In this document: positions 36,513 to 47,871 of the stretch, piece after piece | How the letters are laid out: each line of letters opens with the position of its first letter | How positions within the stretch are numbered: the stretch's first letter is position 1 | Assembly (NCBI GenBank): GCA_965228475.1 | Contig: OZ245817.1 | Span: 4,000,001-4,064,000, forward strand | Source: Myxococcota bacterium | GTDB lineage: Bacteria > Myxococcota_A > UBA9160 > JAFDDA01 | Direction: 5' to 3' | DNA: 64,000 nt | Notes under the pieces: model-generated | Told to the model about the DNA's origin: nothing | Seen by the model: only the letters and a program-made list of their open reading frames with translations | Databases searched by the model: none | Translations under genes and position numbers: made by a program

Positions 36513-38660
36513 TCAGCGCTTTCCGCCGAAGAGCCCTTCGATCAGCTCACCGACCTGCTCGCTCGCACCCTCGCCGAGCTTCTCGTCGAGCTTCTCGCCG
36601 TACTTGCGGCGGACCTTGCTGCGCGCGTAGCTCCCGGCCAGGCTGCGCGCCTCGGCGGAGGAGATCTCGACGTCGGGCTCGGCGAGCGTTCCCTTCACGC
36701 GCGCCAGCTCGATCACGCGCTCGCGGGATTCGCCGGGCTCCGGCTCCCCGGAGGCATCGGCGAGATTCTGGTCGACCTCGGGCTTGAGCGTCAGCTTGCC
36801 CGTGAAGTCGAGGAGCTGGTCGAAGAGCCGCAGGCCGCCGGCCAGATCGACGCGGTAGCCGTCGTAGACGAGCCGCAGGTCTTCGGTGCGCGCCCAGCCC
36901 TGGGCGACGTCGAAGGTGCCGGCGAGCGCCTCGAACTCGTCGCCGTAGTAGCGCTCCATCTTCTTGGCGCGCTCGGGCTTCTTCAGCGTCGCCACGAGCA
37001 GCGCCGCCTCGCCGACGTCGCCGAGCCGCAGCACGGTCTGCTCGAGGAGCGAGACGTCCTTCCACCGGCCGGGCGTCACTTCGAAGGCCACCCGTCCGGT
37101 CAGGTCCTCGAGCTTTTCGTCGCCGGTCACGCCCGAGAGGTCCGTCGCGAACTGGAGCGGGCCGAAGACCTGGTCCGAGACGCCGGCGAACGCGGAGAGC
37201 AGGGTGTTGGTCTCCGCGCCGTCGGCGCCGAGCCGGACCTTGTACCGCATGCGCTCCTTCGAGAGGCCGTCGACGCGGCCGGAGATACGCAGCGCTTCCC
37301 CGCCCGTCTCGAGCACGACGTCGACGAGCTCCGCCGCATCGCCCTTGCCCTCGACGGCGCCGCGGACCACCACGGGCGGGCCGTCGGGCAGCACGGCCTC
37401 GACGCCGTCGAGGCCGATCTTGCCGTGGAAGGAGAGCGGCTCGGTCGTGAAGGCCAGCGCCTCCGGGCGAACCGTACCGCGGAGCCCGTACTCGGCGAGG
37501 GCCGGAACCAGCTCGTCCCAGCCTGCAAGGTCGAAGGGCTCGGCGTTCAGGGACGCGCGCACGCGCTCGCCGTCGACGTCGACCTTCCCGCGGGCGTCGA
37601 CGTTGTGGATCTTGAGCTCCACGTCGTCGACGGTGAGGCCGCCGTCTTCGCGCGGGACGAGCCGGCCCTTCACGTTGGCGGAGCGGCCGGCGGGTTTGCG
37701 GTAGGCGCCCTCGAAGGCGTCGAGCTCGGCGGCCGTGGCATCCACGTCGAACGTGCCCGAGAGCGCATCGCCGCCCCGGAGGTTCGCCCGCAGTGCCAGA
37801 GGCCCGCGCAGGTCGACGTCACCGATCCGCACGACGCTCTCCGCGACGTCGAGGTCCGCCGCGATCTCCGGCGTGGCGAAGGCGCCGCGCACGCCGACCG
37901 TACCCGAGAGCGCACCGGCGACGCTGCGGCCGTCGTCGAGATAGGGAGCGAGCGCCGCCAGACCGATGCCGTCGAGCTTCGCTTCGAGGTCCGCCGTCGA
38001 GGCCTCGAGATCCGCGGTGCCGTCGAGCGCGAAGCCGCCGCCCTCGACCCGGGCATCCACGTCGATCTCCGCGGGGCCGGTGAGCGAGAGCCGGGCGGTG
38101 GCGTCGAGGTCCTCGATGTCCCAGGTCGCCGCCGGGGCGACCGTCCGATCCTCGAGCACGATGCGCGAACCGCGCAGGGCCACCTCTTCGACGGCGAGGG
38201 AGACGCCGGAGTCCTCTTCCTTGCCGCTGGAAGGTCCACCCTCCGAAGGGGCCGGATCGGCCGGCGCCTCTTCCGCGGGCGGCTCGGGCAGCCGGATCCC
38301 GTCGGCGTCGCGCACGAGGCGGAGCGTCGCCTCCTCGACGACGAGGTTCTCGAGCACCACGCTGCGCGCGAGCAGGGGCCAGAGCGCGAGCTGGAGCGAG
38401 ACCTCCCGCGCCTCCATGAAGGGCGGGTCGCTCGCAGCCTCGCCGGAGAGACTCGGTTCGGAGAGGCGCAGACGCGGCGGGAAGAACCCGAAGCCGAGGT
38501 CCGCGTAGCGGAACTCGCGCCCGGTCGCCTCGCGCGCGGCGTCGGCGATGCGGCCCTGCACCGCCTCGCTCGAGACCAGGCCCGGCAGCACGAAGGCGAG
38601 CCCGGCCACGGCGAGGAGGATCAGCACGACGAACGCGACGAGCACCTTCCGCAATGTCAA
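36513..38660 (-). CDS. AsmA-family protein
   Basis: N-terminal transmembrane helix, AAREATGRE, LWPLL, beta-rich body, AsmA-like C-terminus; TTG overlaps the gatB stop. Confidence 0.8.
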   Translation of the reverse strand: MTLRKVLVAFVVLILLAVAGLAFVLPGLVSSEAVQGRIADAAREATGREFRYADLGFGFFPPRLRLSEPSLSGEAASDPPFMEAREVSLQLALWPLLARSVVLENLVVEEATLRLVRDADGIRLPEPPAEEAPADPAPSEGGPSSGKEEDSGVSLAVEEVALRGSRIVLEDRTVAPAATWDIEDLDATARLSLTGPAEIDVDARVEGGGFALDGTADLEASTADLEAKLDGIGLAALAPYLDDGRSVAGALSGTVGVRGAFATPEIAADLDVAESVVRIGDVDLRGPLALRANLRGGDALSGTFDVDATAAELDAFEGAYRKPAGRSANVKGRLVPREDGGLTVDDVELKIHNVDARGKVDVDGERVRASLNAEPFDLAGWDELVPALAEYGLRGTVRPEALAFTTEPLSFHGKIGLDGVEAVLPDGPPVVVRGAVEGKGDAAELVDVVLETGGEALRISGRVDGLSKERMRYKVRLGADGAETNTLLSAFAGVSDQVFGPLQFATDLSGVTGDEKLEDLTGRVAFEVTPGRWKDVSLLEQTVLRLGDVGEAALLVATLKKPERAKKMERYYGDEFEALAGTFDVAQGWARTEDLRLVYDGYRVDLAGGLRLFDQLLDFTGKLTLKPEVDQNLADASGEPEPGESRERVIELARVKGTLAEPDVEISSAEARSLAGSYARSKVRRKYGEKLDEKLGEGASEQVGELIEGLFGGKR

Positions 38661-40129
38661 TTCCCTCCGACCTTGCGCGCCAGGATCTCGCGGACGGCGC
38701 CCGGGTCGGCCTTGCCCTGGGTCCGCTTCATGACCTGTCCCATGAGCGCGTTCAGGAGCTTCTTCTCTCCGCCTCGGATGCGCTCGACCACGTCGGCGTT
38801 CTCGGCGAGCACGGCGTCGACCGCCTCGTCGAGCACGCCGGTGTCGGACACGGCTTCGAGGCCGCGCTCGGCGACGAGGCCCGCCGGGTCCGCCCCCGTC
38901 GCAACCAGCTCCGGCAGCAGCTCCCGCGCCACGGACGCCGTGATCTTCCGCGCGTCGACGAGCCCGACGAGACCCGCGAGGCCCGCGGGCCCGAGCTTCA
39001 CGCGCGGGTCGTCGATCTCGGCGTCGAGGTCGTTCAGCACCCGCGCGACATCCCGCAGCAGCCATTTCGACACCGCGGCCCCGTCGCCGTGTTCCCGCGC
39101 CGCCGCCTCGAAGAAGTCCGCGAGCTCCCGGCTCGCCGTCAGGGCGGCGACGTCCTTCTCGGAAAGCGCGTACTCGCTGGCGAAGCGCTCGCGCTTTTCG
39201 GCGGGCAGCTCGGGAAGCGCCTCGCGGGCCTTCTCGATGCGCGCCTCTTCGACGATGAGCGGGATCAGGTCCGGGTCCGGGAAGTAGCGGTAGTCGTCCG
39301 CGTTCTCCTTGAGCCGCATCACCGAGGTCGTGCGCGTCCGCGGGTGGTAGCGGAGCGTGCACTGCTGGACCGCGCCGCCGCCATCGATCAGGTCGGCCTG
39401 GCGCTCGATCTCCGCTTCGATCGCTTCCTGGATGAAGCGGTAGCTGTTCAGGTTCTTCAGCTCGGCGCGCGTTCCGTACGTCTCCGAGCCGTGGGGCCGG
39501 AGCGAGACGTTCACGTCGCAGCGGAAGTGACCCTTTTCGAGGTCGACGTCGGACACGTCGAGGAAGCGCAGGAGCGAACGCAGGGTGCGCAGGTAGGCCA
39601 CGGCCTCCTCGGCCGAGCGCATGTCCGGCTCGGTCACGATCTCGAGCAGCGGCGTGCCGGAGCGGTTCAGGTCCACGAGCGACCCACCGCCCTCGCCGTG
39701 CATCGACTTGCCGGCGTCCTCTTCCATGTGGATCCGCGTGAGCCGCACGCGCTTCGTGCCGGATTCGAGCGGCACGTCGACGTAGCCCGCGGTGCAATAG
39801 GGCTCTTCGAACTGGGAGATCTGGTAGCCCTTCGGCAGGTCCGGGTAGAAGTAGTTCTTGCGCGCGAAGATCGAGTGCCGGTGGATCTCGCAGTTCGTGG
39901 CGAGGGCCGCGCGCAGGGCGAAGTCCACCGCCTGCTCGTTCAAGACGGGCAGCGCGCCCGGCAGCGCGAGGCACACGGGGCAGGTGTGGTGGTTCGGGTC
40001 GTCGCCGTAGGCGAGTTCGCAGCCACAGAAGAGCTTGGTGCGCGTCTTCATGTGGACGTGGGTCTCGAGACCGATCACGACCTCGTAGTCGGGGTGCGGG
40101 GAGCTCGGGCTCGAAGCCTGGGCGCTCAT
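38657..40129 (-). CDS. gatB: Asp/Glu-tRNA amidotransferase subunit B
   Basis: [41 protein letters not shown]. Confidence 0.98.
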   Translation of the reverse strand: MSAQASSPSSPHPDYEVVIGLETHVHMKTRTKLFCGCELAYGDDPNHHTCPVCLALPGALPVLNEQAVDFALRAALATNCEIHRHSIFARKNYFYPDLPKGYQISQFEEPYCTAGYVDVPLESGTKRVRLTRIHMEEDAGKSMHGEGGGSLVDLNRSGTPLLEIVTEPDMRSAEEAVAYLRTLRSLLRFLDVSDVDLEKGHFRCDVNVSLRPHGSETYGTRAELKNLNSYRFIQEAIEAEIERQADLIDGGGAVQQCTLRYHPRTRTTSVMRLKENADDYRYFPDPDLIPLIVEEARIEKAREALPELPAEKRERFASEYALSEKDVAALTASRELADFFEAAAREHGDGAAVSKWLLRDVARVLNDLDAEIDDPRVKLGPAGLAGLVGLVDARKITASVARELLPELVATGADPAGLVAERGLEAVSDTGVLDEAVDAVLAENADVVERIRGGEKKLLNALMGQVMKRTQGKADPGAVREILARKVGGN

Positions 40130-41613
40130 CGGCCGGGCTCGGGCGGGCGCGCCGCGTGGTGGTCCGTCGCACGCTGATAGGCGTCGGCGACGGCGAGGAG
40201 CCGCTCTTCGCCGAGCGGCGGCCCGAGCAGCTGCAGCCCGACGGGCAGGCCGTCGGCGAAGCCGCAGGGCGTCGAGATTCCGGGGATGCCCGCGAGCGGC
40301 GCGGCCACCGTGTAGACGTCGGCGAGGTACATGCGCAGGGGGTCTTCGGTGTTCTCGCCGAGGCGGAAGGCCGGCTCGGGGGCCGTCGGCGTGGCGATCA
40401 GGTCGCAGCTCGCGAAGGCCTCCTCGAAGTCGCGCCGGAGGAGCGTCCGCACCTGCTGTGCCTTCTTGTAGTAGGCGTCGTAGTAGCCGGCCGAGAGCAC
40501 GTAGGTGCCGAGCAGGATTCGCCGCTTCACCTCGGCCCCGAAGCCTTCGGAGCGCGAGCGTTCGTAGAGTTCGCGCAGGTCCCCGGCGCCGGCGGCGCGG
40601 TGCCCGTACCGGACGCCGTCGAAGCGCGCGAGGTTGCTCGACGCCTCCGCCGTCGCCACCAGGTAGTACGTCGCGACGGCGTAGCGCGTGTGCGGGAGCG
40701 AGACCTCCTTCACCTTGGCCCCGGCCGCCTGGAGCGTTTCGACCGCCTCGCGGACTCGGGCCAGCACGCCGGGCGAGACGCCCTCCTCGACGAAGTACTC
40801 GCGCGGCAGCCCGACGGTGAGCCCGGAGACGTCGCCGTCGAGGGCCGCCGCGTAGTCCGGAACCGGGTCGGGCAGCGACGTCGAATCCCGCCCGTCGTGT
40901 CCGGCGACGGCGGCGAGTCCGATCGCCGCGTCCTTCGCCGTGCGCGCGAAGGGTCCGATCTGGTCGAGCGAAGAGGCGAACGCGACGAGGCCGTAGCGCG
41001 AGACGCGGCCGTAGGTCGGCTTCATGCCGACGACACCGCAGCAGGCCGCGGGCTGGCGGATCGAGCCGCCCGTGTCGCTGCCGTAGGCGAGCGGCACGAT
41101 GCCGGCGGCGACGGCGGCGGCCGAGCCGCCCGAGGAGCCTCCGGGAACGCGCTCGGGGTCCCACGGGTTGCGCGAGGGCCCGGCGGCGGAGTTCTCCGTC
41201 GAGGAGCCCATCGCGAACTCGTCCATGTTCGTTCGGCCGATGATGACGGCGCCGGCGGCCTTCAGGCGCTCGACGGTGTGGCCGTCGTAGGGCGCCAAGT
41301 AGCCCGTGAGGATCTTCGAGGCACAGCCGTTCGGCTCGCCGGCGTGCGAGAAGTTGTCCTTGATCGCGATCGGGATCCCGTCGAGGGGGCCGAGCGGCTC
41401 GCCCGCCGCGCGGCGCTCGTCGGCGGCGGCGGCTTCGGCGCGGGCCGCCTCCGGGCGGAGCGAGGTGAAGACCCCGAGGGCTTCCCCTGCGCCCGCGGCG
41501 CGAGCGAGGGCGCGTTCCGTCAGCGCGGCAGCGGTGGTCCGGCCCGCGGCGAGCGCTTCGCCCAGCTCGTCGAGCGTCCCGAGCGGCTCCGCGGCTGCGT
41601 TCGGCTCGCTCAC
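40126..41613 (-). CDS. gatA: Asp/Glu-tRNA amidotransferase subunit A
   Basis: [42 protein letters not shown]. Confidence 0.98.
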   Translation of the reverse strand: MSEPNAAAEPLGTLDELGEALAAGRTTAAALTERALARAAGAGEALGVFTSLRPEAARAEAAAADERRAAGEPLGPLDGIPIAIKDNFSHAGEPNGCASKILTGYLAPYDGHTVERLKAAGAVIIGRTNMDEFAMGSSTENSAAGPSRNPWDPERVPGGSSGGSAAAVAAGIVPLAYGSDTGGSIRQPAACCGVVGMKPTYGRVSRYGLVAFASSLDQIGPFARTAKDAAIGLAAVAGHDGRDSTSLPDPVPDYAAALDGDVSGLTVGLPREYFVEEGVSPGVLARVREAVETLQAAGAKVKEVSLPHTRYAVATYYLVATAEASSNLARFDGVRYGHRAAGAGDLRELYERSRSEGFGAEVKRRILLGTYVLSAGYYDAYYKKAQQVRTLLRRDFEEAFASCDLIATPTAPEPAFRLGENTEDPLRMYLADVYTVAAPLAGIPGISTPCGFADGLPVGLQLLGPPLGEERLLAVADAYQRATDHHAARPPEPGR

Positions 41614-41921
41614 CCGCCCTCCTCCTCGTCCCCGTCCATGACGGCCGGGACGGCGAAGGCGGAACCCGAGGCCTCCGGGGCGTTCGCCACGGCGCGCTCG
41701 GGGGCCAGGCTCGGGCGGGGCTCGTCCGCCCGGTAGGGCGTCGGCAGGGCTTCGATGTGGGCCGTCGGCGGGACGCCCTCGGTATCGAGCCCCTCGAGCA
41801 TCTCGACGTAACCGAGAATGGTGTCGAGGTCCGCGGCCATCGCGCGGGCGTCCTCCGGCGAGAGCGACAGCCGTGCGAGCCCGGCGATGCGGGCGAGTTC
41901 CTCCTCGGACAGGTGCGCCAT
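41610..41921 (-). CDS. gatC: Asp/Glu-tRNA amidotransferase subunit C
   Basis: IAGLARL...[17 protein letters not shown]...ANAP...FAVPAV; first gene of gatCAB. Confidence 0.93.
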   Translation of the reverse strand: MAHLSEEELARIAGLARLSLSPEDARAMAADLDTILGYVEMLEGLDTEGVPPTAHIEALPTPYRADEPRPSLAPERAVANAPEASGSAFAVPAVMDGDEEEGG

Positions 41922-41996
41922 GGCCGCGACGGTAGCGCAGGCGCCCTGCGGCGGACTCGGCGAAACCCTCGCGGTTTCGATACCTTCCGCCGCCAC

Positions 41997-43483
<1,487 letters not shown>

Positions 43484-43487
<4 letters not shown>

Positions 43488-43969
43488 GCGCTCGGCCCCT
43501 CCACGTCGCCGACGGGCGCCTTTCCCTCGAGCACCGCGGGCAAGAACACTTCGGGGTGCGCTTCGACCACGAGGCGCATCTCGAGTTCCCCGCCCGGTGT
43601 GATCCGATCCACGAGCCGCGCGATGCGGCCCTCCGAAAAGTGCGCGGTCTCGGTCATCGTGAAGTGGCAGCGCTCGCCCGAAGCCATCGTGTAGAGCGCG
43701 AGGCCATGCACCTCGACCTCGTCCCCCTCCGCGCGCGGCGCGCTCAAGGGCACGACCCGGCGGGAGGCGAACTTCCGGTCGAACTCCGCGGTGATCCATT
43801 CGAAGAAGCCGAGCACGGCCTCGCGGCCTTCGTACCGCAGGGTCGACCGGGCCGGACGATGGATGACGTACTCCGCCTCCTCGGTGAAGAACGGAGCGAG
43901 GGCGGCGTAGTCGGCGCTGGCGTAGGCCTTCTCGAAGGCCGCGGCGTACTGGACGAAACGATCGAGCAT
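43484..43969 (-). CDS. NTF2/SnoaL-like protein
   Basis: LAPFFTEEAEY, YEGREAV, FSEGRIARL. Confidence 0.7.
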
Positions 43970-43990
43970 CGGGTTCTCCCTGGCGCGCTT

Positions 43991-44008
43991 ACTTTGAGTA
44001 GTCTAAGT
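43991..44008. promoter_or_regulatory. Probable TetR operator (imperfect palindrome ACTTTGAGTAGTCTAAGT)
   Basis: 14 of 18 positions symmetric; AT-rich patch between the divergent tetR and NTF2-like genes. Confidence 0.55.
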
Positions 44009-44016
44009 TAAGGATC

Positions 44017-44628
44017 GTGGCAAGAGAACGGCCGAGAGAGCGCCGGAGAAGGCCGGCCGCCGAGGCCCGGCGGCGGATCCTCGAGGCGGCGGAGAAGCAC
44101 CTCGTCGAACGCGGTCCCGAGGGCGTCCGCGTCCAGAGCCTCGCGCGGGAGCTCGGCATCACCGACGCCGCGATCCATTACCACTTCGGGTCACGCGAGG
44201 CGCTCCTCACGGCGCTCCTCGAGTTCGGCGGGCGGGAGCTGCGCGCGGCCCTCGAAGCGGCGGTCGGCCCGAGCCTTTCCGAGGAGCTCGACCTGCCCGC
44301 CTTCCTCTCCGCCGCGACGTCGATCTTCCGGGACCGCGGCTATTCGCGCCTGGCACTCTGGCTCTCGGCTTCGGGGTGGCGCAGCCGGGGGTCCGGCCTC
44401 TTCGACGATCTCGTCGGCGGAATCCGGGCCGCGCGTCCCGGGCGGAGCCTCGAGGAGGCTCGCCACCTCGGCGCGACCATCGCCCTCCTCCTGATGGCCG
44501 AGCCGATCTTCGGGGAGGCCGCACGCCGAAGCGTCTCCCTTCCCGCCGGGCCGGAGGCGGGCAGGCGCTTCGAACGCTTCCTCGCGCGAAACCTGACGAG
44601 CTGGGTGGAGGGGGAAGTCCCCGGCTAG
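44017..44628 (+). CDS. TetR/AcrR-family transcriptional regulator
   Basis: RRRILEAA...LARELGITDAAIHYHFGSREAL helix-turn-helix. Confidence 0.93.
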   Translation: MARERPRERRRRPAAEARRRILEAAEKHLVERGPEGVRVQSLARELGITDAAIHYHFGSREALLTALLEFGGRELRAALEAAVGPSLSEELDLPAFLSAATSIFRDRGYSRLALWLSASGWRSRGSGLFDDLVGGIRAARPGRSLEEARHLGATIALLLMAEPIFGEAARRSVSLPAGPEAGRRFERFLARNLTSWVEGEVPG

Positions 44629-45425
44629 CCGAGCACGATGCGGTGCCCGGGGGCCTCGAGCGTCTTCGCGGCCGGGTCGAGCGTCACCGTCGCGGAGCCA
44701 TCGGCGGCGAGGGGCTGCGGCTCGCTGCGCGTGCGCTTGTCGCCCTCGATCGTGATCGCGGCGCGCCGGCCGGCGGCGTCGCAGAAGAGAAGCTCGGCAT
44801 GCCCTCCGCTCGGACGGCTCTCGCACCACTCGGCCGCACCGTCGACGGAGTCGAACTGGTGGAGGCAGTTCTGCAGCAGCAGGAAGGCCGGGCCTTCGCA
44901 GGCATCGGGCTCCGTCCGCCCGGGCGAGCGCGCCGCGCAGGCCAGGCCGCCCGCGTTCACGCCGGCGTAGGCGCCCGGGAGCCAGGGCAGCGTCCACTCG
45001 ACCGAGGGGATGTAGGCGTCGGGCTCCGCGCGGCGCAGGAGGCCCGGTTCCTCGGGCGAGGCCAGGGTGATGCGTCCGTCGGGACCGAGCCCGACCCGAA
45101 GCGTCGCGCCGACGCCTTCCGGCGTGCGCTCGCGCGCGAGCAGGTAGTGGAGACCGAGTTCCGAGACGTCGGCGCCTCGCGAGAGGCCGATCACCCGCTC
45201 GTCGAGGTGCGGGAAGTGGCGTCGGACGTCGCGCGCGGTGCGCTGCGCACGGCCGTGGCCACGCGGCCCCTCGAACGGGCGCCAGCGGCCGAGCCAATCC
45301 CCACGGCCGCCGACGCGGCGCACGCGCTCGGCGATCTCCGCTTCGAAGGCACGGCCCTGCGCGAGCCCCATGTCCCGCGGCGCGCCTTCGCAAGCCAGGA
45401 GAGGCAGGGAACCGGACTCGGTCAT
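44625..45425 (-). CDS. Degenerate C45/AAT (Ntn-hydrolase)-like protein
   Basis: EGAPRDMGLAQG, GVNAGGLA, LLFCDAAG; ATGA overlap with larE. Confidence 0.55.
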   Translation of the reverse strand: MTESGSLPLLACEGAPRDMGLAQGRAFEAEIAERVRRVGGRGDWLGRWRPFEGPRGHGRAQRTARDVRRHFPHLDERVIGLSRGADVSELGLHYLLARERTPEGVGATLRVGLGPDGRITLASPEEPGLLRRAEPDAYIPSVEWTLPWLPGAYAGVNAGGLACAARSPGRTEPDACEGPAFLLLQNCLHQFDSVDGAAEWCESRPSGGHAELLFCDAAGRRAAITIEGDKRTRSEPQPLAADGSATVTLDPAAKTLEAPGHRIVLG

Positions 45426-46288
45426 TCGGCCTTGGCCCGGTCGTCCGCGGAGAGCACGGCGTTGAGCGAGCCCGTGCGGTAGCCCTCGAGGTCGAGCGAG
45501 ACCCAGCGGAAACCGAGCGGCTTGATCTTCGAAACCATGGCTTCGACCATCGCCGGGTCGAGCGCGCGCGCCATCTCGGCCGGGTCGATCTCGATGCGCG
45601 CGACGTGGCCGTGGTGGCGCAGCCGGATCTGCCGGAAGCCGAGGGCGTGGAGCGCGGCCTCGCCTTCCTCGACCTGGCGCAGGCGTTCGGGCGTGACCTC
45701 GAGACCGTAGGCCAGCCGCGAACTCAGACACGCCGAGGCCGGCAGGTCCGCAGTCGGCAGCCCGGCCGCGCGAGAGAGCGCCCGGATCTCCTCCTTCGAG
45801 AGGCCCGCATCGACCAGCGGCGAGAGCACGCCGTGCTCGCCGGCGGCGCGGTGGCCGGGGCGGAAGTCGCGCTTGTCGTCGGTGTTGATGCCGTAGGCGA
45901 CGGCGGCGAAGTCGAGCTCGCCGGCGACGTGGTCGAGCACGTCGAACAGTTCGTTCTTGCAGAAGTAGCAGCGGTCCGCCTGGTTCCGGCGATAGCCCTC
46001 GTGCTCCATCTCCCGCGTATCGACGAAGCGGTGCGCGAGGCCGTTCTCGCGGACGATCCGCTCGGCCACGGCGCGGTGGCTCTCCGGGTAGGAGGGCGAG
46101 ACCGCCGTCACCGAGAGGGCGTCTTCGCCGAGGGCGCGGTGGGCGGCCCAGGCCAGGTAGCTCGAATCCACGCCGCCCGAGAAGGCCACGATCACGCGGC
46201 CGGCCTGGCGGAGGGTCTCGAGCAGGGCCTCCTGCTTGGCCGCGAGCTCGGGCGCGAGCGTCGTCTGTGAGGGGGAAATCGCTGCCAT
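45422..46288 (-). CDS. larE: LarE-family ATP-dependent sulfur transferase
   Basis: PP-loop SGGVDS, RCYFCK, FRPG, ACLSSR, RLRHH, YRTGSLN. Confidence 0.92.
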   Translation of the reverse strand: MAAISPSQTTLAPELAAKQEALLETLRQAGRVIVAFSGGVDSSYLAWAAHRALGEDALSVTAVSPSYPESHRAVAERIVRENGLAHRFVDTREMEHEGYRRNQADRCYFCKNELFDVLDHVAGELDFAAVAYGINTDDKRDFRPGHRAAGEHGVLSPLVDAGLSKEEIRALSRAAGLPTADLPASACLSSRLAYGLEVTPERLRQVEEGEAALHALGFRQIRLRHHGHVARIEIDPAEMARALDPAMVEAMVSKIKPLGFRWVSLDLEGYRTGSLNAVLSADDRAKAE

Positions 46289-46356
46289 CGCGGCAGGGTA
46301 GCCGCTCCGCCCCGCGAAATCCTATGCTCCCCGGGGCAAGCAGAGCTGGGGGGCTC

Positions 46357-47442
46357 ATGGACAAGCTGCGCGTGGGATTGCTGTTCGGGGGCCGCTCGGT
46401 CGAGCACGAGGTCTCCCTGGCCTCGGCCGCATCGATCCTCCAGGCCCTCGACCCGAACCGCTACGACGTTCGCCTCCTGTGCGTGGACCACGACGGCCGC
46501 TGGCACCTGGCCGCGCCGGGGGCGCTGCCCGAGACGGCCGTGCGGGGCGAGGAGGTCCACCTCCCGGCGGCCCCCGGCGAGGGCGCGCTCCAGGCCGCGA
46601 GCACCGGCGCGCCGGTCGCGAGCCTCGACGTCGTGATCCCGATGATCCACGGCACGGGCGGCGAGGACGGCTGCGTACAGGGCCTGCTCGAACTCTCGGG
46701 CGTCCCCTACGTCGGCTCGGGCGTGCTCGGCTCGGCGATCCAGATGGACAAGGAAGTTTCGAAGCGTCTGCTCGCGGCGGCGGGCCTGCCGGTGGTGCCG
46801 GGCATCGCCGTCACCCGCTACGACTTCGAGCGCGACCGTGCCGGCACGGTCGAGCGCGCCCTGCGTGAGGTGGGCCTGCCGCTCTTCGTGAAGCCCGCGA
46901 ACCTCGGCTCCTCGGTCGGCATCAGCAAGGTCGAAACGCGCGAGGCGCTCGAGCCGGCCCTCGCCGAGGCCGCACGCTACGACGCGAAGTTCCTGGTCGA
47001 GCGCGCCGTCAACGCGCGGGAGATCGAGGTCGGCGTGATCGGCCACCACGCGCCCGAAGCCTCCGTGCCGGGCGAGATCGTCCCCAAGCGCGACTGGTAC
47101 GACTACCACGCCAAGTACGCCGACGACGAGACCGAGCTCAAGATCCCCGCGGACCTCGACGAAGCGCGGACCGAAGAGATCCGCGCGCTCGCCATCGAAG
47201 CCTACCGCTGCCTCGAAGGCAGCGGCCTCGGCCGCATCGATTTCTTCCTGTGCCGCGACACCGGCCAGTTCTACGTGAGCGAAGTGAACGCCCTCCCCGG
47301 CTTCACCGAGATGAGCATGTTCCCGCGCCTCTGGCAGTCGACCGGCCTCCCCTACACCGCGCTCCTCGACCGCCTGATCGAGCAGGCCATCGAGAGCCAT
47401 CGCGAGCGCGAGGGGCAGGAGACGGTCTACCGGGCCCCGTGA
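46357..47442 (+). CDS. ddl: D-alanine--D-alanine ligase
   Basis: FGGRSVEHEVSL, HGTGGEDG, KPANLGSSVG, YDYHAKY, EVNALPGFT. Confidence 0.97.
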   Translation: MDKLRVGLLFGGRSVEHEVSLASAASILQALDPNRYDVRLLCVDHDGRWHLAAPGALPETAVRGEEVHLPAAPGEGALQAASTGAPVASLDVVIPMIHGTGGEDGCVQGLLELSGVPYVGSGVLGSAIQMDKEVSKRLLAAAGLPVVPGIAVTRYDFERDRAGTVERALREVGLPLFVKPANLGSSVGISKVETREALEPALAEAARYDAKFLVERAVNAREIEVGVIGHHAPEASVPGEIVPKRDWYDYHAKYADDETELKIPADLDEARTEEIRALAIEAYRCLEGSGLGRIDFFLCRDTGQFYVSEVNALPGFTEMSMFPRLWQSTGLPYTALLDRLIEQAIESHREREGQETVYRAP

Positions 47443-47861
47443 GCAAGCCTGCGCACGCCATCGTCGGCCTCGACCACGTCGTCCTGCGCGTCGCCGACGT
47501 CCCGCGCGCCATCGCCTTCTACTGCGACGTCCTCGGCTGCAGCGTCGAGCGCGAACTCCCGGAGCTCGGCCTCCACCAGCTCCGCGCCGGCAGCGCCATC
47601 ATCGACCTGGCCGGCGTCGATACGCCCATCGGCAAGGCCGGCGGCGGCCCGCCGGCCCCGGACGGCAAGAACATGGATCACTTCTGCGTGCGCGTGGAGC
47701 CCTTCGACGAGGATGCGCTGCGCGCGCACCTCGGCGCGCACGGCATCGAGGTCAGCGAATCGGGCATCCGCTACGGCGCGGAAGGCAACGGGCCCTCGAT
47801 CTACATCCAGGATCCGGACGGGAACACGGTGGAGCTGAAGGGGCCGCCGGTCGGCGACTAG
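47439..47861 (+). CDS. VOC/glyoxalase family protein
   Basis: LDHVVLRV, FYCDVLG, DHFC, DPDGNTVEL. Confidence 0.9.
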   Translation: MSKPAHAIVGLDHVVLRVADVPRAIAFYCDVLGCSVERELPELGLHQLRAGSAIIDLAGVDTPIGKAGGGPPAPDGKNMDHFCVRVEPFDEDALRAHLGAHGIEVSESGIRYGAEGNGPSIYIQDPDGNTVELKGPPVGD

Positions 47862-47871
47862 CCACTGCCAG

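Noticed and set aside
46357..47442. VanA-type D-Ala-D-Lac ligase
   Set aside because: The omega loop YDYHAKY fits an ordinary D-Ala-D-Ala ligase, and no van genes are nearby
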